Source: an uncultured Methanomassiliicoccus sp. (GTDB lineage: Archaea; Thermoplasmatota; Thermoplasmata; Methanomassiliicoccales; UBA472). Taken from it: a stretch of 64,000 nt of DNA. Position numbers and translations under genes: made by a program. This document shows positions 41,700 to 51,894 of this stretch, in pieces; the first letter of the stretch is position 1; every line of letters begins with the position of its first letter. Location: NCBI GenBank assembly GCA_964585915.1, contig CAZPFU010000004.1:45686-109685 (forward strand), given 5' to 3'. The notes below the pieces were generated by a model. The model was not told where the DNA came from, ran no database searches, and saw only the letters and a list, made by a program, of their open reading frames with translations.

Positions 41700-42565
41700 A
41701 TCGGCGTCCACTTCAGGACGCTCACCGTGCGGTCCTCGCGTAAGGTGAACCGCTCGCCTTCCGATTTCCCTCGCACGTTGTCGGTGATGACCTTCTCCAC
41801 CCTGGCGTCCACCGTATGGAAGAGCGAGAAGTAGCGGACCAGATGACGGACCATTCCCTCCACGGAGACCTCGGACTCCTCGTGCACGTCGAAGAGGCGC
41901 AGCGACGGCCGCCGGTCCATCTCCTTGAGGATGCGGTACGGGAATATCGGATCGAACCCTTCCATGGATATCCCGGAATGGCCCAGTTCCTCCCAGATGT
42001 CGAAGGCGAGACGATCGCCGGAGGACCCGGCCAGGGAGACCAGGCAACAGACGCCGCCGCTCATGGCGTCCATCCTCATCACCGAGCTCAGATCGTCCAC
42101 CGCCGGGCAGAAGGAGGAGAAGACCAGGTCGTAGCGTTGCGGGGGAACGAACTCCTCCCAGCTCTGGCACAGCAGCTCCACGTTCCCCTGGCCCGCGCAG
42201 CGCCCCTTAGCAACGGACAGCATGCCGGGCGATATGTCCACCCCCAGGACCCGGGAGAACCGGGGGGCGATCATGGAGGTCAGGGAACCGGTCCCGCAGC
42301 CGATGTCCAGCGCGGACCCGCCCCCGGAAAGGACGGACATGCCCTCCAGCAGACCGAATATGCGTTCGTCGATGAGCGACATCGCCTCGCTGTCGTAATC
42401 CCGGGAGACCTCGTTCCAGTGCTGGACCAGCCGCTGGCGGTCCACCGGGAACCGGTGGTAGGGGGAATGGGAGATGGCCATCTCCCAAATGTCCCGCCAA
42501 TCCTCCGCCGCCATGCTCCCTCGGATTTCAGCCGCTTTATTTGAGAATTCGCTATTGACGACCAA
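41696..42565 (-). CDS. class I SAM-dependent methyltransferase, unknown substrate
   Basis: Motif I ALDIGCGTGSLT, VLGVDISPGM; TTG start (alternative internal ATG at codon 18); stop shares the CTAG palindrome with upstream convergent gene. Confidence 0.75.
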   Translation of the reverse strand: MVVNSEFSNKAAEIRGSMAAEDWRDIWEMAISHSPYHRFPVDRQRLVQHWNEVSRDYDSEAMSLIDERIFGLLEGMSVLSGGGSALDIGCGTGSLTSMIAPRFSRVLGVDISPGMLSVAKGRCAGQGNVELLCQSWEEFVPPQRYDLVFSSFCPAVDDLSSVMRMDAMSGGVCCLVSLAGSSGDRLAFDIWEELGHSGISMEGFDPIFPYRILKEMDRRPSLRLFDVHEESEVSVEGMVRHLVRYFSLFHTVDARVEKVITDNVRGKSEGERFTLREDRTVSVLKWTPI

Positions 42566-42691
42566 CGAAGGCGAACCGTTCCCGAGCTGAGAAATTAGCA
42601 GAATGTTGCTTCCGGGCGCGGGCGCACGACCAGAGTGTCAGTAATTATAAGTAGCAATTGTCCATTGATGGGAATTGCCAAGGGTTATCAC

Positions 42692-43555
42692 ATGACACTC
42701 AGGCTGGCCATACCCAACAAAGGAAGGCTGAGCGAGAGGTCCATCGAGATCCTCAAGCAGGCCGGACTGGAGATCGAGAACGGCGACGAGCGCAGGCTCT
42801 ACGCCAACGTCAAACGCCAAGACCTGGCGGTCATGTTCCTCCGGGCCCAGGACATCGTCAAGTTCGTGCACAAGGGAGCGGTGGACGTGGGCATCACCGG
42901 CTACGACCTGGTGCTCGAATCCGGCCTGGACGTGGTGGTCCCGTACCGCCTCAACTTCGGACGCTGCCGCCTTTCCGTGGCCGTCCCGGACTCCATGAAC
43001 GTCAAGAGGCCGGAGGACCTGCCGGACGACCTGGTGGTCGCCACGTCGTTCCCGAACCTCACCAGGCAGTACTTCGAGAAGCTCGGGAAGAGGGTGGAGA
43101 TAACCTCCATAGCCGGAGCGGCGGAGATAGCGCCGATCCTGGGCGTGGCCGACATCATCGTGGACCTGGTGTCCAGCGGCTCGACGCTGAAGATGAACCA
43201 CCTGCGCGAGCTTGCGGTCATAGCGGAATCGCAGGCGGTGGTGATAGCGAACCGCAAAGCGTACGAGGGATGCGAGCAGCAGGTGCAGGAGATCATCAGC
43301 GCCATGCTGAGCGTCACCGAGGCGGAGAACAAGAAGTACCTCATGGCCGACGTTCCCAAGGCGTCCCTGGAAGAGGTAAAGAAGGCCTTCCCGGGAATAG
43401 CCGGGCCGACCATCATGAACATCATCGGCCGGGACGACGTCGTCGCCGTGCACGTGGTCATCGAGAAGTCCGATGCCTTCGACGCCATCAACAAGCTCAA
43501 GCGCATGGGCGCCACTGGTATCCTTCTAACGCCCATCGACCGCATGGTCCCCTGA
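42692..43555 (+). CDS. hisG: ATP phosphoribosyltransferase, long form
   Basis: LRLAIPNKGRLSE, DVGITGYDL, DLVSSGSTLK; start ATG 42692 (ORF track GTG 42635). Confidence 0.9.
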   Translation: MTLRLAIPNKGRLSERSIEILKQAGLEIENGDERRLYANVKRQDLAVMFLRAQDIVKFVHKGAVDVGITGYDLVLESGLDVVVPYRLNFGRCRLSVAVPDSMNVKRPEDLPDDLVVATSFPNLTRQYFEKLGKRVEITSIAGAAEIAPILGVADIIVDLVSSGSTLKMNHLRELAVIAESQAVVIANRKAYEGCEQQVQEIISAMLSVTEAENKKYLMADVPKASLEEVKKAFPGIAGPTIMNIIGRDDVVAVHVVIEKSDAFDAINKLKRMGATGILLTPIDRMVP

Positions 43556-43565
43556 GGTGGTCCAC

Positions 43566-44618
43566 ATGAACAAGGACTGGATACGGAGCACCTGCCGGGA
43601 CCTGCAGCTCTACTACAACCCCAAGGTCGGCGATAAATTGCGCATGGACACCAGCACCAACGCCCTGGGCGCCAACCCGGCCGGGCAGCGGGAGCTGGTG
43701 GAATGCACCAAGCTGGACGTGGGGCAGTACCCCAACACCTACGGCGACAACCTCCGCGGGGAGCTGGCCAAGCTTTACCGCATGAAGGCCGACAATTTCG
43801 TGGTCGGCAACGGCTCCGATGAGGTGTTGGACATCATAATGAAGACCTTCGTGGAGCCGGGGGAGACGGTGATGACCGCCCACCCCGCCTATGTGCTGCA
43901 CTCCTTCTTCGTCAAGATCAACGCCGGGCGCACGGTCACCGTGGACCTGAACGACGATTTCCAGCTGGACGTGGAGAAGATCAATTCCACCCCAGGGAAA
44001 CTGGTCCTCCTGTGCACGCCCAACAATCCCACCTCCAACACCTTCCGCGCGGACGACCTCAAGGCGGTGATCGAGGGGGCGGACCGCCCGGTGGTGGTGG
44101 ATGAAGCGTACGGAGAGTACACCGGCAACTCGTTCCTGCCCCTGGTGAACAAGTACGACAACCTCATCGTAACCCGCACCTTCTCCAAGGCGTACGGACT
44201 GGCGGGAATGCGCATCGGCTACATGGCCGCCGGGCTGGAGATGGCCGAGGCCATGCAGAAGGTCAAGATCCCTTACTCTTTGAACATGATCGGCGAGCGG
44301 GTGGCCATGGCGGCGCTCAGGGACCGGGAGTTCCTAGAGAGGAGCGTGCGGGTGGTCAACGAGGAGCGACCGTTCCTGGAGAAGGGGCTCAGGGACCTGG
44401 GCTTCCATGTGTTCCCGTCCGAGGCCAACTACATCCTGTTCCGGACGGACGTTCCCTCCCAGTTGCTCACTTCCAAGCTGGCGGAGAGGGGAGTGCTGGT
44501 AAGGGACTTCGGGAAGGTCCGTCGCTTAGAGAACTGCATAAGGACCACCATCGGCACCAGGGAGATGAACACCGTCCTGCTGGATAGGATGCGGGAGGTG
44601 CTGAGGGAATGCCGCTGA
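43566..44618 (+). CDS. hisC: histidinol-phosphate aminotransferase
   Basis: NPTSN, DEAYGEY, PLP-Lys RTFSKAYGLAGMRIGY; ATG 43566 after GAGGTGG (alternative GTG 43557). Confidence 0.9.
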   Translation: MNKDWIRSTCRDLQLYYNPKVGDKLRMDTSTNALGANPAGQRELVECTKLDVGQYPNTYGDNLRGELAKLYRMKADNFVVGNGSDEVLDIIMKTFVEPGETVMTAHPAYVLHSFFVKINAGRTVTVDLNDDFQLDVEKINSTPGKLVLLCTPNNPTSNTFRADDLKAVIEGADRPVVVDEAYGEYTGNSFLPLVNKYDNLIVTRTFSKAYGLAGMRIGYMAAGLEMAEAMQKVKIPYSLNMIGERVAMAALRDREFLERSVRVVNEERPFLEKGLRDLGFHVFPSEANYILFRTDVPSQLLTSKLAERGVLVRDFGKVRRLENCIRTTIGTREMNTVLLDRMREVLRECR

Positions 44619-45208
44619 AGGTGGCCCTGGCCGATTATGGCGTCGGCAACCTGCACTCCATCCGCAAGGCGTTGGAGAACTGCGGGGCGACCGTGAACGT
44701 CGTGGAGGACATGTCCCTGCTGTCGGAAGCGGAGTGCATCGTGCTTCCCGGGGTGGGAGCGTTCGACAAGACCATGGAGCGTCTGCTTCCTTATCGGGAG
44801 GAGGTCGTGCGGCGGATGAACGAGGGCGTTCCTTGCCTGGGCATATGCATCGGCATGCAGATCATGTTCCAGAGCAGCGCCGAAGGCAGCGGCCCCGGCC
44901 TGGGCTTCCTGCACGGGAAGGTGGTTCGTTTGAAAGCGCCGCGCATACCGCACATGGGCTGGAACGTGGTGGAGACGGACGACGAGATAATGAACGGGGT
45001 CGACGACAGGCACTTCTACTTCGCCCATTCCTTCCACGGCAGCCCGGAGGACGGTTCCGACGTTGGGCACACCGATTATTTCGGACGGGTCCCGACGCTC
45101 TTCCATAAGTCCAACACCTACGGCACGCAGTTCCACCCGGAGAAGAGCTCCTTCGCTGGAATGTCGTTCCTGAACAACTTCGTGCGCTTCGCGGAGGAGA
45201 GGAAATGA
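44609..45208 (+). CDS. hisH: imidazole glycerol phosphate synthase, glutamine amidotransferase subunit
   Basis: DYGVGNLHS, LPGVGAF, GICIGMQ catalytic Cys, FHPEKS. Confidence 0.95.
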   Translation: MPLKVALADYGVGNLHSIRKALENCGATVNVVEDMSLLSEAECIVLPGVGAFDKTMERLLPYREEVVRRMNEGVPCLGICIGMQIMFQSSAEGSGPGLGFLHGKVVRLKAPRIPHMGWNVVETDDEIMNGVDDRHFYFAHSFHGSPEDGSDVGHTDYFGRVPTLFHKSNTYGTQFHPEKSSFAGMSFLNNFVRFAEERK

Positions 45209-45906
45209 GGATCATACCGGCCGTGGACATCCTGGACCACCGCGTCGTGCAGCTGGTCGGGGGCGTACCGGGAACGGAGCAGGTCACCCTTCCAGACCCG
45301 CTGACGGTAGCGGCCGACTGGGAGCGCAAGGGAGCGAAACGATTGCACATCATCGACCTGGATTCGGCGCTGGGCAGAGGGCACAACGCCCAGGCCATAC
45401 GCAGGATCGTCGAGAAGGCCGAGGTGCCCGTGCAGGTGGGGGGAGGCATACGCTCCACGGAGGTGGCCGAGTATTATCTGGACTGCGGCGCCGACCGCGT
45501 CATCGCCGGCACCAGGGGGCTCAAGGACCCCGCCTGGCTGAGGGATATGGCAGTGAGGTACCCCAAACGCATGGTCCTGGCCCTGGACATGAAGGGCGGG
45601 AAGATCCAGATGCACGGCTGGAAGGAGGATTCCCCGCTGGAGCTGAAGGACGTCTTCGCCTCCATAGCCGAGATGCCCTTGGCCGGGGTGCTGTTCACCA
45701 ACGTGGACGTGGAAGGCCAAGCCAAGGGCATAGACGCGGAAGCGGTGCGCTCCTTCGTGTCCGAATGTCCGCACCTGACCATCGTCTCCGGCGGCGTTAC
45801 CGACGAGCGTGACGTGGAGGCCCTCGAGCGCATGGGCGTGCAGGAGGCGGTGGTGGGATTATCACTTTATACTGGAAAACTGAATCATAACGCAATCCGG
45901 AGATGA
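45205..45906 (+). CDS. hisA: 1-(5-phosphoribosyl)-5-[(5-phosphoribosylamino)methylideneamino]imidazole-4-carboxamide isomerase
   Basis: MRIIPAVDIL, VQVGGGIRS, VSGGV. Confidence 0.9.
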   Translation: MRIIPAVDILDHRVVQLVGGVPGTEQVTLPDPLTVAADWERKGAKRLHIIDLDSALGRGHNAQAIRRIVEKAEVPVQVGGGIRSTEVAEYYLDCGADRVIAGTRGLKDPAWLRDMAVRYPKRMVLALDMKGGKIQMHGWKEDSPLELKDVFASIAEMPLAGVLFTNVDVEGQAKGIDAEAVRSFVSECPHLTIVSGGVTDERDVEALERMGVQEAVVGLSLYTGKLNHNAIRR

Positions 45907-45910
45907 GGCC

Positions 45911-46462
45911 ATGGACCGCAAGACCGAGGTAGTGCGCAAGACCAGGGAGACCGAGGTCCGGCTGAAGCTGGACCTTGACGGCGAGGGCGTGACCAAAGTG
46001 GAGTGCGAGGAGCAGTTCCTGCGCCACATGGTCGAAACGCTGGGACGCTACGCCGATTTCGACCTGACCCTGGAGGCCAAGGGGGACGACGTGCACCACC
46101 TGGTGGAGGACGTCGCTATCGTCCTGGGCAAAACGTTCAAGCAGTGCCTGGGCGAGACGCCCATCGAGCGGACGTCGTTCTCCATGATCCCCATGGACGA
46201 CGCGTTGGTCCAGGTGGCGGTGGACATCATCGAGCGGCCGTACGCGGACGTGGACTGCCCGGACGACCTTTACGCCCACTTCTTCCGCAGCTTCGCCATG
46301 TCCTCCGGGATAACCATGCACATCATGGTCATCCGCGGCTACGACCAGCACCACATCGTGGAAGCGTCCTTCAAAGCATTGGGCAAGGCGCTCCGGTCCG
46401 CCGTAAGACCGCGCCGGAGCGAGCTGAGCACCAAGGACAAGCCCAAGGTGAGCAGGGGATGA
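45911..46462 (+). CDS. hisB: imidazoleglycerol-phosphate dehydratase
   Basis: [40 protein letters not shown]. Confidence 0.95.
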   Translation: MDRKTEVVRKTRETEVRLKLDLDGEGVTKVECEEQFLRHMVETLGRYADFDLTLEAKGDDVHHLVEDVAIVLGKTFKQCLGETPIERTSFSMIPMDDALVQVAVDIIERPYADVDCPDDLYAHFFRSFAMSSGITMHIMVIRGYDQHHIVEASFKALGKALRSAVRPRRSELSTKDKPKVSRG

Positions 46463-47214
46463 GCCTGACCAAGCGCATAATCCCCTGCCTGGACGTCAAG
46501 AACGGGGCGGTGGTCAAGGGCATCAAGTTCCTGGACCTGAAGGACGTGGGGTACCCGCCGGAATTGGCGGAGGCCTACGAAAAGCAAGGAGCGGACGAGA
46601 TCGTCTTCCTGGACATCTCCGCCTCGGCCGAGGGGCGCAAGACCTTGCTCGGGATAGTGGAGGAGACCGCCAAGCGTCTTTTCGTGCCCTTGACGGTGGG
46701 AGGCGGCATCCGCGAGAAGGATGACATGCGGGCGGCGCTCAACGCGGGAGCGGACAAGGTGTCCATCAACACCGTGGCGGTGCAACGCCCGGAGATCATC
46801 TCCGAATGCGCCAAGGACTTCGGCTCGCAGTGCGTCGTCGTCGCCATCGACGCCAAGCGCCAGGGCGGGAACTGGACGGTGTACACCCACGGAGGAAGGA
46901 AGGACGCCAAGATGGACATGGTGTCCTGGGCGCGCCAGGTGGAGGACCTGGGCGCCGGTGAGATACTCCTCACCAGCATGGACGCCGACGGCACCAAGGA
47001 CGGCTACGACATCGCCATGACCAGGGCGGTGGCGGAAGCCGTGAACATTCCAGTCATAGCTTCCGGGGGATGCGGTTCCCCCGAGCACATATTGGACGTT
47101 CTGACCGAAACGAAAGCGGAGGCGGCCTTGGCCGCGTCCATATTCCACTACGGCCAGTGGACGGTCAGGGATGTCAAGAGGTATCTCAGGGAGAACGGAG
47201 TTGAGGTGAGATGA
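46459..47214 (+). CDS. hisF: imidazole glycerol phosphate synthase cyclase subunit
   Basis: [32 protein letters not shown]; ATGA overlap. Confidence 0.95.
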   Translation: MSLTKRIIPCLDVKNGAVVKGIKFLDLKDVGYPPELAEAYEKQGADEIVFLDISASAEGRKTLLGIVEETAKRLFVPLTVGGGIREKDDMRAALNAGADKVSINTVAVQRPEIISECAKDFGSQCVVVAIDAKRQGGNWTVYTHGGRKDAKMDMVSWARQVEDLGAGEILLTSMDADGTKDGYDIAMTRAVAEAVNIPVIASGGCGSPEHILDVLTETKAEAALAASIFHYGQWTVRDVKRYLRENGVEVR

Positions 47215-47813
47215 GCAGCCCCAAGTTCGGCGAGGACGGTCTCATCCCTGTCATAGTGCAGGACCACGAGACCAACGAAGTTCTGATGATGGCCTACGCC
47301 AACGAGCAGGCGTACCGGGACATGCTGAGGACCGGCTTCACCCATTTCTATTCCCGTTCCCGGAAGTCCCAGTGGAAGAAAGGAGAGACCTCCGGGCACG
47401 TGCAGGAGATCGTATCCATACAGCTGGACTGCGACAACGATACTTTGCTCGTAAGAGTGAAACAGACCGGGGTGGCCTGCCACCTGGAGCGGATGTCCTG
47501 CTTCGAGGAGGTCGTCTACGGCGATATCGAAGGGACCATGGCCGTGCTGCCTCAGCTTCTGCAGGTGATCAGGGACCGCCATGCCAATCCGAAGGAGGAC
47601 AGCTACACCTGCAAGCTCTTCGCCGACGAGAACAAGCGCCTGAAGAAGGTGGTCGAGGAGGCCGGCGAAGTGCTGCTGGCGGCCAAGGACCGCAAGCCGG
47701 CCGAGCAATCTTGGGAGGTGGCCGACCTCATATACCACCTGATGGTGGCGGTGGAGGGCATGGAGGTCGAGTGGACGGACGTGTACCGGAAGCTGGCGGA
47801 GAGGAGAAAATGA
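47211..47813 (+). CDS. hisI: bifunctional phosphoribosyl-AMP cyclohydrolase / phosphoribosyl-ATP pyrophosphatase
   Basis: [14 protein letters not shown]...[16 protein letters not shown]; C-half [11 protein letters not shown] ... [11 protein letters not shown]. Confidence 0.9.
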   Translation: MSSPKFGEDGLIPVIVQDHETNEVLMMAYANEQAYRDMLRTGFTHFYSRSRKSQWKKGETSGHVQEIVSIQLDCDNDTLLVRVKQTGVACHLERMSCFEEVVYGDIEGTMAVLPQLLQVIRDRHANPKEDSYTCKLFADENKRLKKVVEEAGEVLLAAKDRKPAEQSWEVADLIYHLMVAVEGMEVEWTDVYRKLAERRK

Positions 47814-48469
47814 GGGCCGAACTGCACACCCACACCCTGTTGAGCGACGGCGAGCTGCTGCCGATCGAGCTGGCCCGCCGCGCCCTGGTCAAAGGCACCA
47901 AGTATCTCGCCTTCACGGACCACGCCTCGCTGAGCAACCTGGAAAGGGTGATTACCGAGGGGCGACGGGACGCGGAGCTGGCCGAGGAATGGGGCATGAA
48001 GGTGCTGGCGGGGGTGGAGATAACCCACGTTCCGGTCCGGCGCATCGATGAGGTGGTCTCCAAGGCCAGAAAGCTCGGCGCCGAGATCATCGTCGTTCAC
48101 GGCGAGACCATAAGCGAGCCCGTCGAGAAGGGCACCAACCTCGCGGCGGTCATGAACCCGGAGGTGGACATACTGGCGCATCCGGGCTTCATCACCCTGG
48201 AGGAGGCGCAGGCTGCCCGCGACAACGGGGTGGTGCTTGAGATAACCTCCAGAGGATCGCACTGCAAGACCAACGGGCACGTGGCGCGCATGGCCCAGCA
48301 GGCCGGCGCCCTGATGGTCGTGGACACCGACGCACACTCTCCCGGGGACCTCATCGACCTGGCCACGGCGACGCAGATCGCTTTGGCCGCGGGGCTCACC
48401 AGGGAGCAGGCGGACCGCGCGCTCATCGAGACGCCCAAGGCCATCATCAAGAGGAGGTGGCGCAGCTGA
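47810..48469 (+). CDS. PHP-domain phosphoesterase, probable histidinol-phosphatase
   Basis: [28 protein letters not shown] metal-ligand pattern; last gene of his block; ATGA overlap. Confidence 0.7.
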   Translation: MRAELHTHTLLSDGELLPIELARRALVKGTKYLAFTDHASLSNLERVITEGRRDAELAEEWGMKVLAGVEITHVPVRRIDEVVSKARKLGAEIIVVHGETISEPVEKGTNLAAVMNPEVDILAHPGFITLEEAQAARDNGVVLEITSRGSHCKTNGHVARMAQQAGALMVVDTDAHSPGDLIDLATATQIALAAGLTREQADRALIETPKAIIKRRWRS

Positions 48470-49821
48470 AGGTGCTGAAGTTCGGCGGTTCGTCCCTGAA
48501 GACCGGGGAGTGCATGCGACAGGTGGCGGAGATAATCGTCGCCGAGAAGGAGAAGAAGGCGGTCGTGCTCAGTGCGGTGACCGGGGTCACGGAGATGCTG
48601 GTGCAGTTCATCTCCCGGACGCGCAGCGAGGAGGACGTGGACGCCTTCATCAAGGACATCACCAGATTGCACACCGACCTGATCAGGGACGCCCTGCGGA
48701 CGGAGAAGGGGCAGGCCAAGGCCATGGAGGAGCTCGTCGCCAAGCTGGTGAAATTGGAGCGCATGCTCTACGGCTCCTGCTACATAGAGGAAGTGAACCC
48801 TCGTATCCGCGACTACGTGCAGTGCTTCGGGGAACGCTTATCGGTCATCATGCTGGCCGCCCTGCTGAACGAGATGGGCTCCCAGGCCCGGGCGGTGGAC
48901 GCCGACGAGCTGGGCATAATCACCGACGGGCTGTACGGTACCGCGACCGTCAACATGGAGGCCACCCGCTCCAACATCCGGCCTAAGCTGATGAAGATGC
49001 TTCAGGACGACGTCACGCCGGTGGTCACCGGCTTCTTCGGGCGGGCCCCGGAGGGGAGCGTCACCGTGTTCGGACGCAACGGAAGCGATTACAGCGCCGC
49101 CGCCGTCGCCAACGCCGTGGGCGCTTCGTCGTTGGAGATCTGGAAGGACGTGGACGGGTTCATGAGCGTGGACCCCAAGATCGTTCCGTCGGCAAGGCCC
49201 ATTCCCCGGCTGAGCTATGACGAGGCGGCCGAGCTGGCGTACTTCGGGGCCAAGGTGGTACACCCCATGACCATGGAGCCGGCGCGCTCGGGCAACATCG
49301 AGATCCGGGTCAAGAACGTCTTCCGGCCGGAGGCGCCTGGCACCGCCATAGGCGGCACCGGCCACGTGGACAAGAGCATCAAGTCCATATCATGCATGAA
49401 GAACCTCTCGTTGGTGAAGGTCTTCGGCGAGGGCACCGGCTACAAGCTCGGGGTGCTGGCGGACGTGGCCTCCATACTGAGGGAGGCGGAGATCAACATC
49501 TACAGCGTGGTGACGTCGCTGACCTGCATCGCGTTGCTGGTCGACAAGAAGGACGTGGCCAAGGCCCAGAAGGTGCTGGCCGATTCCGGCGCCACCCGCG
49601 TGGAGACGCACACCAACTTCGCCCTGATGTGCATCGTGGGCGAAGGGCTCGGCCATCACAAGGGACTCGCGTCCCGTGTCTTCAAGGCCGTGGCCAAGGA
49701 GGGCGTGAACGTCGGGCTGATCTCCGCCGGAGCCTCGCTGGTCGCCTATCACTTCACTGTCGACGAGGGTGACCTGGAGAAGGCCACCAAGGCCGTTCAC
49801 GAGGAACTGTTCGGGTGCTGA
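48457..49821 (+). CDS. aspartate kinase
   Basis: VLKFGGSSL, SAVTGVT, GRNGSDYSAAAVA, two C-terminal ACT-like regions; GTG start overlapping upstream gene. Confidence 0.9.
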   Translation: MAQLKVLKFGGSSLKTGECMRQVAEIIVAEKEKKAVVLSAVTGVTEMLVQFISRTRSEEDVDAFIKDITRLHTDLIRDALRTEKGQAKAMEELVAKLVKLERMLYGSCYIEEVNPRIRDYVQCFGERLSVIMLAALLNEMGSQARAVDADELGIITDGLYGTATVNMEATRSNIRPKLMKMLQDDVTPVVTGFFGRAPEGSVTVFGRNGSDYSAAAVANAVGASSLEIWKDVDGFMSVDPKIVPSARPIPRLSYDEAAELAYFGAKVVHPMTMEPARSGNIEIRVKNVFRPEAPGTAIGGTGHVDKSIKSISCMKNLSLVKVFGEGTGYKLGVLADVASILREAEINIYSVVTSLTCIALLVDKKDVAKAQKVLADSGATRVETHTNFALMCIVGEGLGHHKGLASRVFKAVAKEGVNVGLISAGASLVAYHFTVDEGDLEKATKAVHEELFGC

Positions 49822-49822
49822 C

Positions 49823-50650
49823 ATGATAGTGGCGTTCCAGGGCGTGAAGGGAGCGTACAGCGAGGACGCGGTGTTCAGCTGGAACGCTGATGCTATCACC
49901 TTGGAATGCGCGGAGTTCGTGGACCTCTTCGACGCCGTGCGTTCCGGACGCGCCGACCTGGGGATGCTGCCGGTGGAGAACAGCATCGAGGGCAGCGTCA
50001 CCGCCGCCAACGACCTGCTGTTCAGAAGCGACCTGAAGGTGGTGGGCGAGGTCATGGTGCACATCCGCCACTGCCTGATCGGTCACCCGGACGCTGAGCT
50101 GGGGGACATTAAAAGGGTGTACAGCCATCCGCAAGCGTTAGCACAGTGCCGGGACTTCCTCAACTCGCATCCGGAATGGCAGAAGGTGCCCGCGTTCGAT
50201 ACGGCCGGCTCGGTGCGCATGATCAAGGAACGTGGATCGAAGGAAGAGGCCGCCATCGCCTCCCGCCGGGCCGCCTCCACCTACGGGATGAGGGTGCTGA
50301 TGGAGGACGTGCAGAGCGTGAGGAACAACATCACCCGCTTCTTCGTGCTGTCCCGTCAAGCGTCCAGCGAAAAGGGCAACAAGACCGCCCTGGCCTTCAC
50401 CACCAAGAACCGGCCGGGGGCGCTGTTCGAATGCCTGAAGGCCTTCGCCACGCACGACGTGAACATCACCAAGCTGGAATCCCGGCCTTGGCACGGCCGG
50501 ACCTGGGAGTACGTGTTCTACCTGGACCTGGACGGGGACGCCCGGGATGGAAAGGTGGCCGAGGCGCTAGCCGTCCTCGGCGAGAGCGCCTCCTGCGTTC
50601 GGATCTTCGGCTCCTTCATGAAGGCGGCGCAGCCCTCAATCGGGCCTTAG
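49823..50650 (+). CDS. pheA: prephenate dehydratase with C-terminal ACT domain
   Basis: VAFQGVKGAYSE, ENSIEGSV, TRFFVL, ACT region NITKLESRP; start ATG 49823. Confidence 0.9.
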   Translation: MIVAFQGVKGAYSEDAVFSWNADAITLECAEFVDLFDAVRSGRADLGMLPVENSIEGSVTAANDLLFRSDLKVVGEVMVHIRHCLIGHPDAELGDIKRVYSHPQALAQCRDFLNSHPEWQKVPAFDTAGSVRMIKERGSKEEAAIASRRAASTYGMRVLMEDVQSVRNNITRFFVLSRQASSEKGNKTALAFTTKNRPGALFECLKAFATHDVNITKLESRPWHGRTWEYVFYLDLDGDARDGKVAEALAVLGESASCVRIFGSFMKAAQPSIGP

Positions 50651-51169
50651 CACCTTCAGCGGCTTGGCGGCGGCGGTCCAGTATTCCCCGTCCCAGTAGA
50701 GCAGCGCCTGGCTGCGGTCGTACTTCTCCACTATATCGGTATGCTTGATCTCCCCGAGATACCAGGTGTGGTCGCCGACCTCGAAGGACTGCGTCTTCTT
50801 CACCTCGATGTTGATCAGACATTCCGCGATGCGCGGTGCTTTCGTTCTTTTCCCCTTGACCGCGGTGAGGCCGGCCAGCTTGAACTTGTCCGTGTCCGCG
50901 CCGCTCTTCTCCCCGCACAGGATGACCTTGTCCATGAGCTCCTTGCCGGGGATGTTGATGGTGAACTCCTCGTTCTCCTCTAGCAGCTTGTAGCTGTGCC
51001 TGGAGGTCGTTACCGCTATACCGATGATCGGAGGGCGCACCGAGAACACGTTGAACATGCCCACCGTGATGATGTTCTTCTCCTTGTCCCCCACCCCCAC
51101 CAGCACCACCGGCGCCGGGGGGAGCGACATGACCGCGCCCATATGGTCCAGGTCCACCTTGTCGTCCAT
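50636..51169 (-). CDS. flavin reductase-like FMN-binding protein (flavoredoxin family), paralog 1
   Basis: PVVLVGVGD...NIITVGMFNVFSVRPPIIGIAV...SYKLL; 15-nt 3' overlap with pheA. Confidence 0.75.
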   Translation of the reverse strand: MDDKVDLDHMGAVMSLPPAPVVLVGVGDKEKNIITVGMFNVFSVRPPIIGIAVTTSRHSYKLLEENEEFTINIPGKELMDKVILCGEKSGADTDKFKLAGLTAVKGKRTKAPRIAECLINIEVKKTQSFEVGDHTWYLGEIKHTDIVEKYDRSQALLYWDGEYWTAAAKPLKVLRPD

Positions 51170-51223
51170 GCTTACCAGAATAACACCCGAATTAGAACGG
51201 GAGCGGGACGGTAATAAAGCTTT

Positions 51224-51781
51224 TCAGCGCTTTCTGATGACGTCGCCGAGCACCCGGAACTCCCCGGACCAGTACATGAGCGACTTCTCGCGGTCGGCAT
51301 CCTTGGCCATTTCCGCGTGCACGACCTCGCCCAGGTACCAGATGTGATCGCCGGCGTCGATCCTCTGCCTCTTGACGCACTCCAGGTTCACCGCGCATTC
51401 GTCGATGACCGCCGCCTTGATCTTCTTGCCCGGACGGGGCTCGAAGCCGCAGTCCTCGAACTTGTTCACGTCGCGGCCGGAGCGCCCCCCGCAGTAGAGG
51501 ACCTCCTCCACCAGTTCCTTTCCGGGAATGTTTATGGAGAAGTCGTCCGACGCCTCAAGCATCTCATAGGTGTGCCTGGCCGGGGATATGCCGATGCCCA
51601 GCACCGGCGGGTTGAAGGAGAACATGTGTACCAGGGCGACGGTGATGATGTTGTTGTTTCCCTTGCCATCGCTGACCGTGGCCAAAACGACGGGGAAGGC
51701 CGGAAACGCCCTACAAGCCCAGATCGGGTTTACCTCGCTCTTCTCCATTGTGAACTCCCTTTCGGAGATTTTGGAGGACAT
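51224..51781 (-). CDS. flavin reductase-like FMN-binding protein (flavoredoxin family), paralog 2
   Basis: PVVLATVSD...NIITVALVHMFSFNPPVLGIGISPARHTYEML; collinear similarity to 50636..51169; alternative start at codon 12. Confidence 0.75.
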   Translation of the reverse strand: MSSKISEREFTMEKSEVNPIWACRAFPAFPVVLATVSDGKGNNNIITVALVHMFSFNPPVLGIGISPARHTYEMLEASDDFSINIPGKELVEEVLYCGGRSGRDVNKFEDCGFEPRPGKKIKAAVIDECAVNLECVKRQRIDAGDHIWYLGEVVHAEMAKDADREKSLMYWSGEFRVLGDVIRKR

Positions 51782-51894
51782 AAAATAAGGTTTGGGAGTA
51801 TCGTTCGCCGCCTACGAAATTTAAACCCCGTTAATCCATCCAGCCGCCGGCGTTCAATTTATTACTCCCCAGTTGACTATCCGGCAGGAGCACC

